Assembly (NCBI GenBank): GCA_964398605.1
Contig: CAYNNH010000003.1
Location: forward strand, 1-34,030
DNA length: 34,030 nt
Direction: 5' to 3'
Source of the DNA: an uncultured Nitrososphaerota archaeon
Lineage (GTDB): Archaea; Thermoproteota; CAYNNH01
Made by a program: the position numbers and the translations under genes. Below the pieces are notes generated by a model, which saw only the letters and a list, made by a program, of their open reading frames with translations, was not told the origin of the DNA and ran no database searches. Each line of letters starts with the position of its first letter. The first letter of the stretch is position 1. Shown here piece after piece: positions 23,214 through 31,348 of this stretch.

Positions 23214-25495
23214 TTCCCTTCGACCCCAGCAGGATAGAGCGAGCCATCTCAAAGGCCTTCAAGGCGGTTGGGGAAAAGGATGGGGAAGTAGTGAAGAAGC
23301 TAGCCTCGGAAGTCGTCAGAATAGTCCACGAAAGGTTCGGTGAAGGAATTCCGAGCGTGGAAGACGTTCAGGACATCGTCGAGGAAGTCCTCATGAGGGA
23401 AGGCTACCCGAAAGTCGCGAAAGCGTACATCCTCTACCGGCAGAAGAGGACGGAGGTAAGGGAAATAAAGCGCATGCTCGGCGTCACCGACGACCTCAAG
23501 CTGAGCGTGAGGGCGATCACCGTCCTGAAAGCCCGCTACCTCTTAAGGGACGAAGAAGGGAGGATAATCGAAACCCCCAAGCAAATGCTCATGCGCGTGG
23601 CGAGGTACATCGGCCTTGTCGACATTTGCTACTACCCGGAGGTCTACGATAAAGAAGGCAAACAGCCCAAGAGGGAGGCAGAAGAAGTTTCCTACGAGTT
23701 CAAGAAGGCGAACCTGAACGCTTACGAGCTCGAAATGTTGAAGAGGCTCTACAACAGGCTCGGAAGGGAAGGGAAGATGAAAGTTTCCTTCGAGGAGCTC
23801 TTGAAGTTCTTGGACGAGAAGTGGGATGAGCTTTACGAGAACGTCATCGAGGTCTTCTTCCAAGTCATGATGAACCGGTACTTCCTGCCCAACTCCCCAA
23901 CCCTGATGAACGCTGGGGCTCCGCTCGGGCAATTGTCGGCTTGCTTCGTCCTCCCCGTTGAGGACTCCATAGAGGGAATCTTCGACGCGGTGAAGTGGGC
24001 GGCCATGATACACAAATCAGGAGGGGGAACGGGCTTCAGCTTCTCTAGGCTCAGACCGAAAGGAGATGTCGTTAAATCGACGAAGGGCGTTGCTTCAGGT
24101 CCCGTGAGTTTCATGAAAGTCTTCGACATGGCGACGGAAACCATCAAGCAAGGGGGGAAGCGCAGGGGCGCGAACATGGGAGTGCTGAGGGTGGATCACC
24201 CCGACATCATGGATTTCGTATACGCGAAAGCGAAGGGAGGACTCTCCAACTTCAACATATCCGTGGGCGTGACGGACGACTTCATGAGGGCGGCGGAAGA
24301 GGGGAGGGAGATATTCCTCGTAAACCCGAGGAACGGCGAGCGAGTCGGCAAGATCAACGCGAAATACCTCTTCGACATGATCGTTTACAACGCGTGGAGG
24401 ACAGGGGATCCGGGCTTGATTTTCCTCGACGAAGTAAACAGACACAATCCCACGCCCCATTTGGGGCGCATTGAAGCGACGAACCCTTGCGGTGAGGTCC
24501 CCCTTTTGCCCTTCGAGTCGTGCAACTTAGGCTCGATAAACCTCTCGCTCATGGTAAAGGAGAAGGACGGCGGCTACGAAATAGACTGGAAGAAGCTGAG
24601 AGAAGTGGTGAAGATAGCCACCCACTTCTTGGACAACGTCATAGACGCGAACAACTACCCCTTGCCCCAAATAGAAGAAGCGACCCTCCGCACCCGCAAA
24701 ATAGGGCTGGGCGTCATGGGCTGGGCGGAGTTGCTCTTCAAGCTGAGGATACCCTACGATTCGGAGGAGGCCGTCGCCCTCGCGAAGAAGATCATGGAAT
24801 ATATCAACTACCACAGCAAGCTCCAATCCATCGAACTCTCGAAGCAGAGGGGGCCATTTCCTGCTTTCAAAGGCTCCATATTCGACTCGGATAGGCCCAG
24901 AATGCCCTTTGAGGCGGAAGGGGAGGATAAGGAGCTCACTTTGGACTGGGAGAAGGTGAGAGAAGGAGTCAAAGAGCACGGAATAAGGAACGCCACCACG
25001 ACGACCATAGCACCGACGGGCACGATTAGCATCATAGCGGGAACGTCGAGCGGCATAGAACCCCTCTTCGCCCTCGCCTTCGTGAGGAAGGTTCTGGGAG
25101 GAGAGGAACTCGTGGAGGTGAGCGAAGTCTTCCAGGAAGAGTTGAAGCGTAGGGGCTTGTGGAAGGACGAGCTCATGGAAAAGATAGCGAGGACGGGATC
25201 CGCTAGGGCGGTGCCCGAGCTCCCGGAGGACATCAGAAGGATATACGCCACCGCTTTGGACATAGATGTCGAGTGGCACGTGAAGATGCAAGCCGCTTTC
25301 CAAGCTTTCACGGATAACGCCGTTTCGAAGACGGTGAACCTACGCTTCGAGGCCTCGCCCGAGGAAGTGAGGAAGGCCTTTCTCTTGGCGTGGAGGCTGA
25401 AGTGCAAGGGGATCACCGTTTACCGGTACGGTAGCAAGGGAGAACAAGTCCTCTACGTAGGTGCTAGGAAATGGGGAAGATCTTCCTCTACATAG
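23177..25495 (+). CDS. nrdJ: Adenosylcobalamin-dependent ribonucleotide reductase (class II) with N-terminal ATP-cone
   Basis: ATP-cone KIKKRDGRIVPFDPSRIERAISKAF. PNSPTLMNAG, LSACFVLPV, GGGTGFSFSRLRPKGD, NPCGEVPLLPFESCNLGSINL, TIAPTGTISIIAGTSSGIEP, GITVYRYGS. GTG start hand-checked. No intein is apparent. Confidence 0.92.
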   Translation: MVTKIKKRDGRIVPFDPSRIERAISKAFKAVGEKDGEVVKKLASEVVRIVHERFGEGIPSVEDVQDIVEEVLMREGYPKVAKAYILYRQKRTEVREIKRMLGVTDDLKLSVRAITVLKARYLLRDEEGRIIETPKQMLMRVARYIGLVDICYYPEVYDKEGKQPKREAEEVSYEFKKANLNAYELEMLKRLYNRLGREGKMKVSFEELLKFLDEKWDELYENVIEVFFQVMMNRYFLPNSPTLMNAGAPLGQLSACFVLPVEDSIEGIFDAVKWAAMIHKSGGGTGFSFSRLRPKGDVVKSTKGVASGPVSFMKVFDMATETIKQGGKRRGANMGVLRVDHPDIMDFVYAKAKGGLSNFNISVGVTDDFMRAAEEGREIFLVNPRNGERVGKINAKYLFDMIVYNAWRTGDPGLIFLDEVNRHNPTPHLGRIEATNPCGEVPLLPFESCNLGSINLSLMVKEKDGGYEIDWKKLREVVKIATHFLDNVIDANNYPLPQIEEATLRTRKIGLGVMGWAELLFKLRIPYDSEEAVALAKKIMEYINYHSKLQSIELSKQRGPFPAFKGSIFDSDRPRMPFEAEGEDKELTLDWEKVREGVKEHGIRNATTTTIAPTGTISIIAGTSSGIEPLFALAFVRKVLGGEELVEVSEVFQEELKRRGLWKDELMEKIARTGSARAVPELPEDIRRIYATALDIDVEWHVKMQAAFQAFTDNAVSKTVNLRFEASPEEVRKAFLLAWRLKCKGITVYRYGSKGEQVLYVGARKWGRSSST

Positions 25496-25983
25496 GGACG
25501 GGAGCGGGCAAGACGACGAACGCTTTGGGGCTTGCCCTCAGGTGCGCGGGACACGGACTCACGTGCGTCATCGTTCAGTTCATGAAGGGGAGGAAGGACA
25601 TAGGGGAAGTGAAAGTGCAGAAGATGCTGGAGCCTTACTACGAGATCTACCAGTTCGGGAGGGAAGAGTGGATCGACTTGAAAAACCCGAGCGAAGAGGA
25701 CAAGCGATTGGCGAGAGAAGGTCTTGAATTCGCCCGGAAGGTGATGAAGGAGAAGAAGCCCCACTTGCTCGTCTTGGACGAGCTCGCCTTGGCCGCGTAT
25801 GTGGGGCTCGTGGACGTTGGGGAAGTCCTGAAAGTCCTCGAGGAAATTCCCGAAGAAACAGATGTCGTCATAACGGGTAGGTACTCCCCGCCGGAACTCA
25901 TAGATAGGGCGGATTTTGTGAACCTCGTATCCGAGGTCAAGGCCCCGAAGGAGCTGTACACGCGCATCGGCATCAACTATTAA
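25471..25983 (+). CDS. cobA: ATP:cob(I)alamin adenosyltransferase, CobA/CobO/BtuR type
   Basis: GTGAGKTTNALGLALRCAGHGLTCVIVQFMKG P-loop, LLVLDELALA, VVITGRYSPPELIDRADFVNLVSEVK. The ATG overlaps the last 25 nt of nrdJ. Confidence 0.85.
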   Translation: MGKIFLYIGTGAGKTTNALGLALRCAGHGLTCVIVQFMKGRKDIGEVKVQKMLEPYYEIYQFGREEWIDLKNPSEEDKRLAREGLEFARKVMKEKKPHLLVLDELALAAYVGLVDVGEVLKVLEEIPEETDVVITGRYSPPELIDRADFVNLVSEVKAPKELYTRIGINY

Positions 25984-26003
25984 TTTCGTCCCGTAATTCT
26001 CTG

Positions 26004-26303
26004 ATGCCGATATTTAGGGGTACGGTTTCGGGGGAACCCATGGCCATGTCCTCGACGGGGTTCGGTTACGTTACGGCGTTCACCATGATCGTGGAGGAGG
26101 GGCTGCCCGAGGGGGCGCCCAAGGAGTATCTGGTCGTCGCTCCCAAACTTTACTCCTTCATTTACGTGAGAAAAAACGACCGGATTGAGGTAGAAGGGGA
26201 GATAAGGAAGAAGCCTGGTCTCATAAGTTCTTACAACGTAGTGGGAGAGCACATACTCGCGAAGAGGGTCAAGAACCTAACGCTGGGGATCGAGTTCAGA
26301 TAA
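26004..26303 (+). CDS. Hypothetical 99-aa protein (possibly a small beta-barrel/OB-like fold)
   Basis: It is the only ORF with plausible composition in this interval. ATG lies 20 nt after the cobA stop on the same strand as its neighbours. RIEVEGEIRKKPGLISSYNVVGEHI is beta-rich. No motif was recognised. Confidence 0.4.
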   Translation: MPIFRGTVSGEPMAMSSTGFGYVTAFTMIVEEGLPEGAPKEYLVVAPKLYSFIYVRKNDRIEVEGEIRKKPGLISSYNVVGEHILAKRVKNLTLGIEFR

Positions 26304-26332
26304 CAATATTAGCTGATCCTTCACGGAATTCG

Positions 26333-26791
26333 ATGAAGAGCTTATTCGTAATTCCCGAGAAGTGTAGCGGGTGCCGAATCTGCGAGCTCGTCTGTTCCTA
26401 CGAGCATTTCGGCGTCTTCAACCCGAAGAAGTCGGCGATAAGGATCCTCTCCCTCTTCCCCGAGCCAGCGATAAACTACCCCGTCGTGTGCAAACAATGC
26501 GCCGTTCCCAAGTGCGCCGAGGCTTGCCCCGTCCACGCCATTTACAGGAAAGACGGGATCGTCCATATCGATTACGAGAAATGCATAGGCTGTGGGGCTT
26601 GCGCCCAAGCTTGTCCCTTCGGGGCGATATTCATGCACCCCGACATCAAGCACCCCATCAAGTGCGACCTCTGCGGAGGAGATCCCAAGTGCGTGGAGAA
26701 GTGCCCAACGGGAGCGATAACCTTCCGGGCGAAAAGCTCGGGACACCAAGAGAAGCACCTGAAGTTCGCCCAACTCGCGAGGAGGGGGTAG
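26333..26791 (+). CDS. Four-cluster [4Fe-4S] ferredoxin-like electron-transfer subunit (AorA / WOR5-partner-like)
   Basis: Four Cys motifs: CSGCRICELVCS, CKQCAVPKCAEACP, CIGCGACAQACP, CDLCGGDPKCVEKCP. The stop is 1 nt before the AOR ATG. Confidence 0.85.
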   Translation: MKSLFVIPEKCSGCRICELVCSYEHFGVFNPKKSAIRILSLFPEPAINYPVVCKQCAVPKCAEACPVHAIYRKDGIVHIDYEKCIGCGACAQACPFGAIFMHPDIKHPIKCDLCGGDPKCVEKCPTGAITFRAKSSGHQEKHLKFAQLARRG

Positions 26792-26792
26792 C

Positions 26793-28655
26793 ATGCAGAT
26801 AAGGGGAGGTTACTGGCTCAGAGTCCTGAGGGTCGACCTGACGAACAACTCTTGGAAAGTCCAGCGCATCGATCCGTCCTTCGCGGTCAAGTACATAGGA
26901 GGGAGGGGATGGGGGGCGAGGATGCTTTGGGACGAAGTGCCGCCCGACGCCGACCCGTTAGGGCCGCGCAACAACCTCTACATCATGACGGGACCCCTCA
27001 CGGGAACAGCTGTTCCCGGGGCCGGGAAAACCCACTTCGTCTTCATCAGCCCCCACACGGGCATATACGGCGACAGCAACGTCGGAGGGATGTTCGGAGT
27101 CGAGCTCAAGCAAGCGGGGTTTGACGGGGTCGTCCTCGAAGGAGCCGCCAAGGAGCCCGTCTACGTGTGGATAGACAACGGGGATGTTGAAATAAAGGAC
27201 GCTTCCCACCTGTGGGGGAAAGGAGCGATAGAAACCGAGGAAGAAATCAAGAAGGAGCTCGGCGATTACGCCGTAAAAGTCGCCGCCATAGGCCCCGCTG
27301 GCGAGAACCTCGTGAAGATAGCGTGCGTGACGAGCGACTTCGGCAGGCAAGCGGGGAGAGCGGGAGTTGGAGCGGTCATGGGATCCAAGAAGGTCAAGGC
27401 GGTCGCCGTTAGGGGGGATAAGGACATACCCGTTGCGTACCCGGAGAAGCTGAAGGAGCTTTTCGACGAAACCATGGATTACCTGCTCAAGCACAAAGAC
27501 CTCGACATCTGGATCAGGCAGGGGACTTCCCAGGTCGTCGTGTGGGCGAATGAAAACGCTTGCTTCCCCACGAGGAACTTCTCCGCGAGCGTCTACGAAA
27601 AGTACAAGGACATAAGCGGGGATGTCATCGAGCGGAAGAACAAGATCGCCGACAAGGCCTGCTTCGCTTGCCCCATGAGTTGCGGGATAGTCACCATGAT
27701 CAAGCACGGGCCCCACAAAGGCGTGGTCGTTGAAGGACCTGAGTACGAGACCCTTGGCATGTTGGGCGGGAACTGCGCTCTTCCAACGCCTGAAGACGTG
27801 ATATACGCGAATTACCTATGCGACGACTTGGGCCTCGACAGCATTTCGGCAGGTGGGGTAATCGCCTTCGCCATCGAGTGCTTCGAGAAAGGCCTCATAG
27901 ACGAGAAGGACACGGGAGGTCTGAAGCTGAAGTTCGGCGAGCCCGAATGCGTGTTCAAGTTGCTCGAAATGATCGCCATGAGGGAGGGAATAGGAGATCT
28001 CTTGGCCGAGGGTGTGAAGAAGGCAGCCGAGAAAATAGGAAAGGGAGCCGAAAAGATCGCCATGCACGTCAAGGGACTTGAAATAAGCGCCTACGAGCAC
28101 AGAGCGGCTCCCGCCATGGCTCTGGCCTACGCCACTTGCGACATAGGGGCGCATCACAACCGGGCGTGGGCGATCACGTACGACATCAAGGTCGGGAGGC
28201 TCGAGTACACGGAGGACAAGGTGAAGTGGGTCATCTACCTCCAGCACATAAGGCCTCTCTTCGACGCCCTAGGGACGTGTAGGCTCCAGTGGGTCGAGCT
28301 AGGCCTCGGCGCCGAGTATTACGCGAAGTTCTACACGGCCGTGACGGGGGTCGAAACCACCCTCGAAGAACTCCTGAAGCGTTCGGAAATGATCTGGAAC
28401 TTGACGAGGGCGATAAGCGTTAGGAGGGGGCTCAGGAACCAAGATTGGTTGCCGAGGAGGGTTTTCGAGGAGCCCACGCCTTCCGGGCCCTATAAGGGAG
28501 CGAAGCTCGACGAAGAGAAGTTCAAGGAAATGGTCAAGAAATACTACGAGCTGAGGGGATGGGACGAGGAAGGCGTCCCCACGCCCGAAAAGCTCAGAGA
28601 ACTTGGTTTGGAGGACGTAGCGGAGGAAATAGCCAAGATAAAGCAGGCTCAGTAA
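26793..28655 (+). CDS. aor: Tungsten/molybdopterin aldehyde:ferredoxin oxidoreductase family enzyme
   Basis: N-terminal RVDLTNNSWKVQRID...YIGGRGWGARMLWDE. [4Fe-4S] ligands CFACPMSC plus DALGTCR. Pterin motifs GLDSISAG and EYETLGMLGGN. A GGAGGGGG SD-like element lies 5-7 nt upstream of the ATG. Confidence 0.92.
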   Translation: MQIRGGYWLRVLRVDLTNNSWKVQRIDPSFAVKYIGGRGWGARMLWDEVPPDADPLGPRNNLYIMTGPLTGTAVPGAGKTHFVFISPHTGIYGDSNVGGMFGVELKQAGFDGVVLEGAAKEPVYVWIDNGDVEIKDASHLWGKGAIETEEEIKKELGDYAVKVAAIGPAGENLVKIACVTSDFGRQAGRAGVGAVMGSKKVKAVAVRGDKDIPVAYPEKLKELFDETMDYLLKHKDLDIWIRQGTSQVVVWANENACFPTRNFSASVYEKYKDISGDVIERKNKIADKACFACPMSCGIVTMIKHGPHKGVVVEGPEYETLGMLGGNCALPTPEDVIYANYLCDDLGLDSISAGGVIAFAIECFEKGLIDEKDTGGLKLKFGEPECVFKLLEMIAMREGIGDLLAEGVKKAAEKIGKGAEKIAMHVKGLEISAYEHRAAPAMALAYATCDIGAHHNRAWAITYDIKVGRLEYTEDKVKWVIYLQHIRPLFDALGTCRLQWVELGLGAEYYAKFYTAVTGVETTLEELLKRSEMIWNLTRAISVRRGLRNQDWLPRRVFEEPTPSGPYKGAKLDEEKFKEMVKKYYELRGWDEEGVPTPEKLRELGLEDVAEEIAKIKQAQ

Positions 28656-28657
28656 GG

Positions 28658-28664
28658 ATAAATT
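28658..28664 (+). promoter_or_regulatory. TATA-like ATAAATT box upstream of the HerA-like gene
   Basis: Lies directly after the AOR TAA (28653-28655). The centre is about 23 nt upstream of ATG 28684 and is followed by the T-rich CCTATTTTTCTG. This suggests an own, leaderless transcript for the ATPase gene. Confidence 0.3.
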
Positions 28665-28683
28665 CCGCTTTCCTATTTTTCTG

Positions 28684-30312
28684 ATGCCCAGAAAGCGTAC
28701 CACAACTAAGAAAAAGAAGGCCAAAAAAGCGAGAAAAGCCAAAAAAGCCCCCAAGCTTGAGATTCCGGAAGGAGCCGTTGGGATTACGTGCGTGGATCCT
28801 TCTAGCGAGGGGAGGAGCAATTACTGTAGGATACTTGTGAGGCCTGAGGCGAGGAAGGAACTCAACAGGGGCTCGTACGTCGAGATAACCGACGGGGACG
28901 TGACCTACATAGGCAAGATAGCTGCAGGGCCCTTCAACATAACGGAGAGTTTTGAGAAGGCCGTGGTCGAGATGGAGAACGGAAATATGCCCGAGTTCTA
29001 CACGGTCTACGACGTGGAGCTCGTGGGCACCCTTAAGGAAGGGAGGTTAGGCGGCGTCTACAATAGGCCCGCGCCCGGTTCTCCCGTCATGCCAGCGAAA
29101 GCGGAGCTCGTGCAGGAGTACATCGGGGCAAAGGGAGACTTGTACCTAGGGAGGTTGGCGGCTCAGTTTAACGTTCCCGTGCAACTTTCGAGCGACGTTT
29201 TGAACAAGCACCTAGCCGTGTTCGGGACGACGGGCTCGGGCAAGAGCAATACCATGCAAGTCATCATGGAAGAGGCCCTAAAGCAGGGCTTCGCCATCCT
29301 CGTCTTCGACGTGGAAGGCGAGTACGTCTACATGGACCAACCCACCGACAAGCTCGTCCAGATTCTCAAGGAGTTCGGGAGAGAGCCAGAAGGCGTAAAG
29401 GACATTCGCGTTTACGTCCCGAAAGGTTGCGGTAGCGCTAGGCCAGACGCGAAGGAGTTCGGCGTTCTCTTCAAGAACATGGACAAGCGCGTCTTGTGCG
29501 AAATCCTAGGCGTGAATGTCATGCAAAGAATGTTGTTGCTCGATGTCATTAACGAGCTCGAAAAGGGAGTGCTCGTCGGAGGGGAGAGGGTGGAGGCTTT
29601 GGCGAGAGAGGTATCGCTTAGGGAAGTCATTTCGAGGATCGAGCAGAAGCTGGACCCCCTCCTCAACCCCGACATGCCCCAGCCCACGAGGGAGGAGTAC
29701 ATGAGGATCCTCATCAAGCTCTACTCCCTCAGGGATCAGGGGATTTTCGACGAGGCGGAAGAGATCGATGTCGAGGACATACTCGTCCCCGGAAGGCTCA
29801 CCGTCATCGACATAAGCGAGGCGACGGACGACGTAAGGAACATCGTCATGGCCCACTACCTCGACAAGATTTTCGAATACAAGATCCGGAACCCCGAGAG
29901 TGCGAAGATAATGATCGTCATGGAAGAGGCGCACACGTTCGTGAGCCGCGAGAAGAGGGACCGCATGGTCGCCACCGTGACCATGATAAACGAGTTGGCG
30001 AGGAGGGGGAGGAAGAGGGGAGTCTGCCTTTGCTTCGTTTCCCAGCAACCCTCTCACTTGCCAGAGGAGATATTCGAGCTCTGCAACACGAGGATCATAC
30101 ACAAGACGAGCTCCGTCGCGAACATAAGGGCCCTGGAGGAGTCGACCGGAGGGGTAGGCAGGGAGCTCTGGGAATCCCTCACGGGGCTCGGCAAAGGGGA
30201 GAGCATCATCATAAGCCCGAACTTCAACCACGCCGTCATCATGCGCGTGAGGCCCGCCGCGTCCAAGAGGCTTCACGTCGAGGAGGTTACGATAAGGACG
30301 ATTGCTGCGTGA
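28684..30312 (+). CDS. HerA/FtsK-superfamily (DUF87-type) hexameric ATPase with a poly-basic N-terminal tail
   Basis: Walker A LAVFGTTGSGKSNT, Walker B KIMIVMEEAHTF, arginine-finger region RRGRKRGVCLCFVSQQPSHLPEEIFELCNTRIIHK. HAS-barrel-like N-terminal domain (RILVRPEARKELNRGSYVEITDGDVTYIGKI). N-terminus MPRKRTTTKKKKAKKARKAKKAPK. Confidence 0.8.
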   Translation: MPRKRTTTKKKKAKKARKAKKAPKLEIPEGAVGITCVDPSSEGRSNYCRILVRPEARKELNRGSYVEITDGDVTYIGKIAAGPFNITESFEKAVVEMENGNMPEFYTVYDVELVGTLKEGRLGGVYNRPAPGSPVMPAKAELVQEYIGAKGDLYLGRLAAQFNVPVQLSSDVLNKHLAVFGTTGSGKSNTMQVIMEEALKQGFAILVFDVEGEYVYMDQPTDKLVQILKEFGREPEGVKDIRVYVPKGCGSARPDAKEFGVLFKNMDKRVLCEILGVNVMQRMLLLDVINELEKGVLVGGERVEALAREVSLREVISRIEQKLDPLLNPDMPQPTREEYMRILIKLYSLRDQGIFDEAEEIDVEDILVPGRLTVIDISEATDDVRNIVMAHYLDKIFEYKIRNPESAKIMIVMEEAHTFVSREKRDRMVATVTMINELARRGRKRGVCLCFVSQQPSHLPEEIFELCNTRIIHKTSSVANIRALEESTGGVGRELWESLTGLGKGESIIISPNFNHAVIMRVRPAASKRLHVEEVTIRTIAA

Positions 30313-31345
30313 GCTAGCGGAGAGAGTAGCCGAGAAGGTAGCCAAGGGAGCGGAAGGATCAGTTGTCTTAATGCCCGACTTCTTCCTCGATCACTTCGTC
30401 TACTTCGGGCAAGACCTAGACGAGTTCTTCCGCCGGATGAGGGAAGTCGCCGAGAGGGGCGGGGGGAACATAGCCCCCGTGGAACAGGAAGTTTGGCACG
30501 GCGGGAACGCGTCCAACACGGCGGCCGCCTTAGCGGAGTTGGGGGTGAGTTGTCACCTGATCTTGAGGACTAATTTGACGGGCTACGTTTTGCTGTCCCG
30601 CTTCTTGGGAGGGAAGGTGGACCTTTCTCACGTGAAGAAGGACGGGAAGCTGTCCGCTACCGTCGCCGTGGAACTCTTCTACAGAGGGAGAGCCGTCAAC
30701 ATCATGATAAGCGACAGCGGCTCCGTGGCGGAATTCGGCTTCGATTCCCTCGACGAGAGCGATTTAGAGTTGCTGAAAAAAGCGGATGTGGTGTGCGTCC
30801 TCAACTGGAACCAAAACAAGAAGGGAACCGAGTTGACGGAAAAGGTCTTCGAGTTCGTGAAAGAAAAGGGCAAAGGAAGAACGTTTTTCGACCCGGGAGA
30901 CCCTTCCGTCAAAGAATGGGACATTCCCAACTTGAGGGAAGTCCTCAGAAGGGGATTGATCGACGTGATAAGCCTCAACGAGAACGAGCTGAGGTACTTG
31001 TCGCCGAGAAAAGGGAGCGAAGAAGACATGGCAAGGGCTCTCCACGAGGTATCGGGCGCTACGGTGGATCTTCACACTCCGAAATACTGCATAAGCGTAA
31101 CCGAAGAAGGAGTCTTCCGCGTACCATGCTTCGACGTGAAAGTCAAGAGGGTGACGGGTGCGGGAGATGCTTGGAATGCTGGCGACATCTTCGGGTATTT
31201 GGCGGGAATGGAGTCGAGAGAAAGGCTAATAACGGCATCCGCTGTTGCTGGCTTCTACATAAGCGAGGGGAGGGCGCCATCGAGGGAGGAAGTCGCGTCC
31301 TTCGTGAAACATACTAGGTTTTTAGCTTTTGAAACATCTATTTAA
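30302..31345 (+). CDS. PfkB/ribokinase-family carbohydrate or nucleoside kinase, specificity unknown
   Basis: HGGNASNTAAALAELG, ISLNENELRYL and VTGAGDAWNAGDIFGY (the GAGD anion-hole motif). TTG start at 30302 overlaps the HerA-like gene by 11 nt. ATG at 30371 (MPDFFLDH...) is an alternative. Confidence 0.8.
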   Translation: MLRELAERVAEKVAKGAEGSVVLMPDFFLDHFVYFGQDLDEFFRRMREVAERGGGNIAPVEQEVWHGGNASNTAAALAELGVSCHLILRTNLTGYVLLSRFLGGKVDLSHVKKDGKLSATVAVELFYRGRAVNIMISDSGSVAEFGFDSLDESDLELLKKADVVCVLNWNQNKKGTELTEKVFEFVKEKGKGRTFFDPGDPSVKEWDIPNLREVLRRGLIDVISLNENELRYLSPRKGSEEDMARALHEVSGATVDLHTPKYCISVTEEGVFRVPCFDVKVKRVTGAGDAWNAGDIFGYLAGMESRERLITASAVAGFYISEGRAPSREEVASFVKHTRFLAFETSI

Positions 31346-31347
31346 AG
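31338..31347 (+). promoter_or_regulatory. TATA-like CTATTTAAAG spanning the PfkB stop codon
   Basis: It is only 2-11 nt upstream of ATG 31349 but about 37 nt upstream of the in-frame ATG 31379. If functional, it would favour the downstream start for the DUF47-like gene. Confidence 0.2.
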
Positions 31348-31348
31348 A

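Noticed and set aside
24527-25416. Minus-strand ORFs of 258 aa and 202 aa antisense to nrdJ (also 23543-24013 and 23833-24177)
   Set aside because: nrdJ is supported by many catalytic motifs. The antisense translations are low-complexity with no start context, and they overlap each other in different frames.
26958-27716. 252-aa minus-strand ORF antisense to the AOR gene
   Set aside because: Same reasoning: AOR motifs fix the coding strand, and the antisense product has no recognisable features.
28299-28820. Minus-strand ORF containing the AFLAFLAFLAFF repeat
   Set aside because: The repeat is simply the reverse-complement reading of the Lys/Ala codon tract that encodes the basic tail of the HerA-like protein. 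The ORF spans the AOR stop and an intergenic promoter region.
29506-30345. 279-aa minus-strand ORF antisense to the HerA-like gene
   Set aside because: It is an open antisense frame. The Walker A/B and arginine-finger motifs define the plus strand as coding.
28684-31345. A canonical HerA-NurA end-resection pair
   Set aside because: The downstream gene has unambiguous PfkB kinase motifs (GGNA..., NENE, GAGD) and no NurA-like nuclease features. No mre11 or rad50 gene is in the window.
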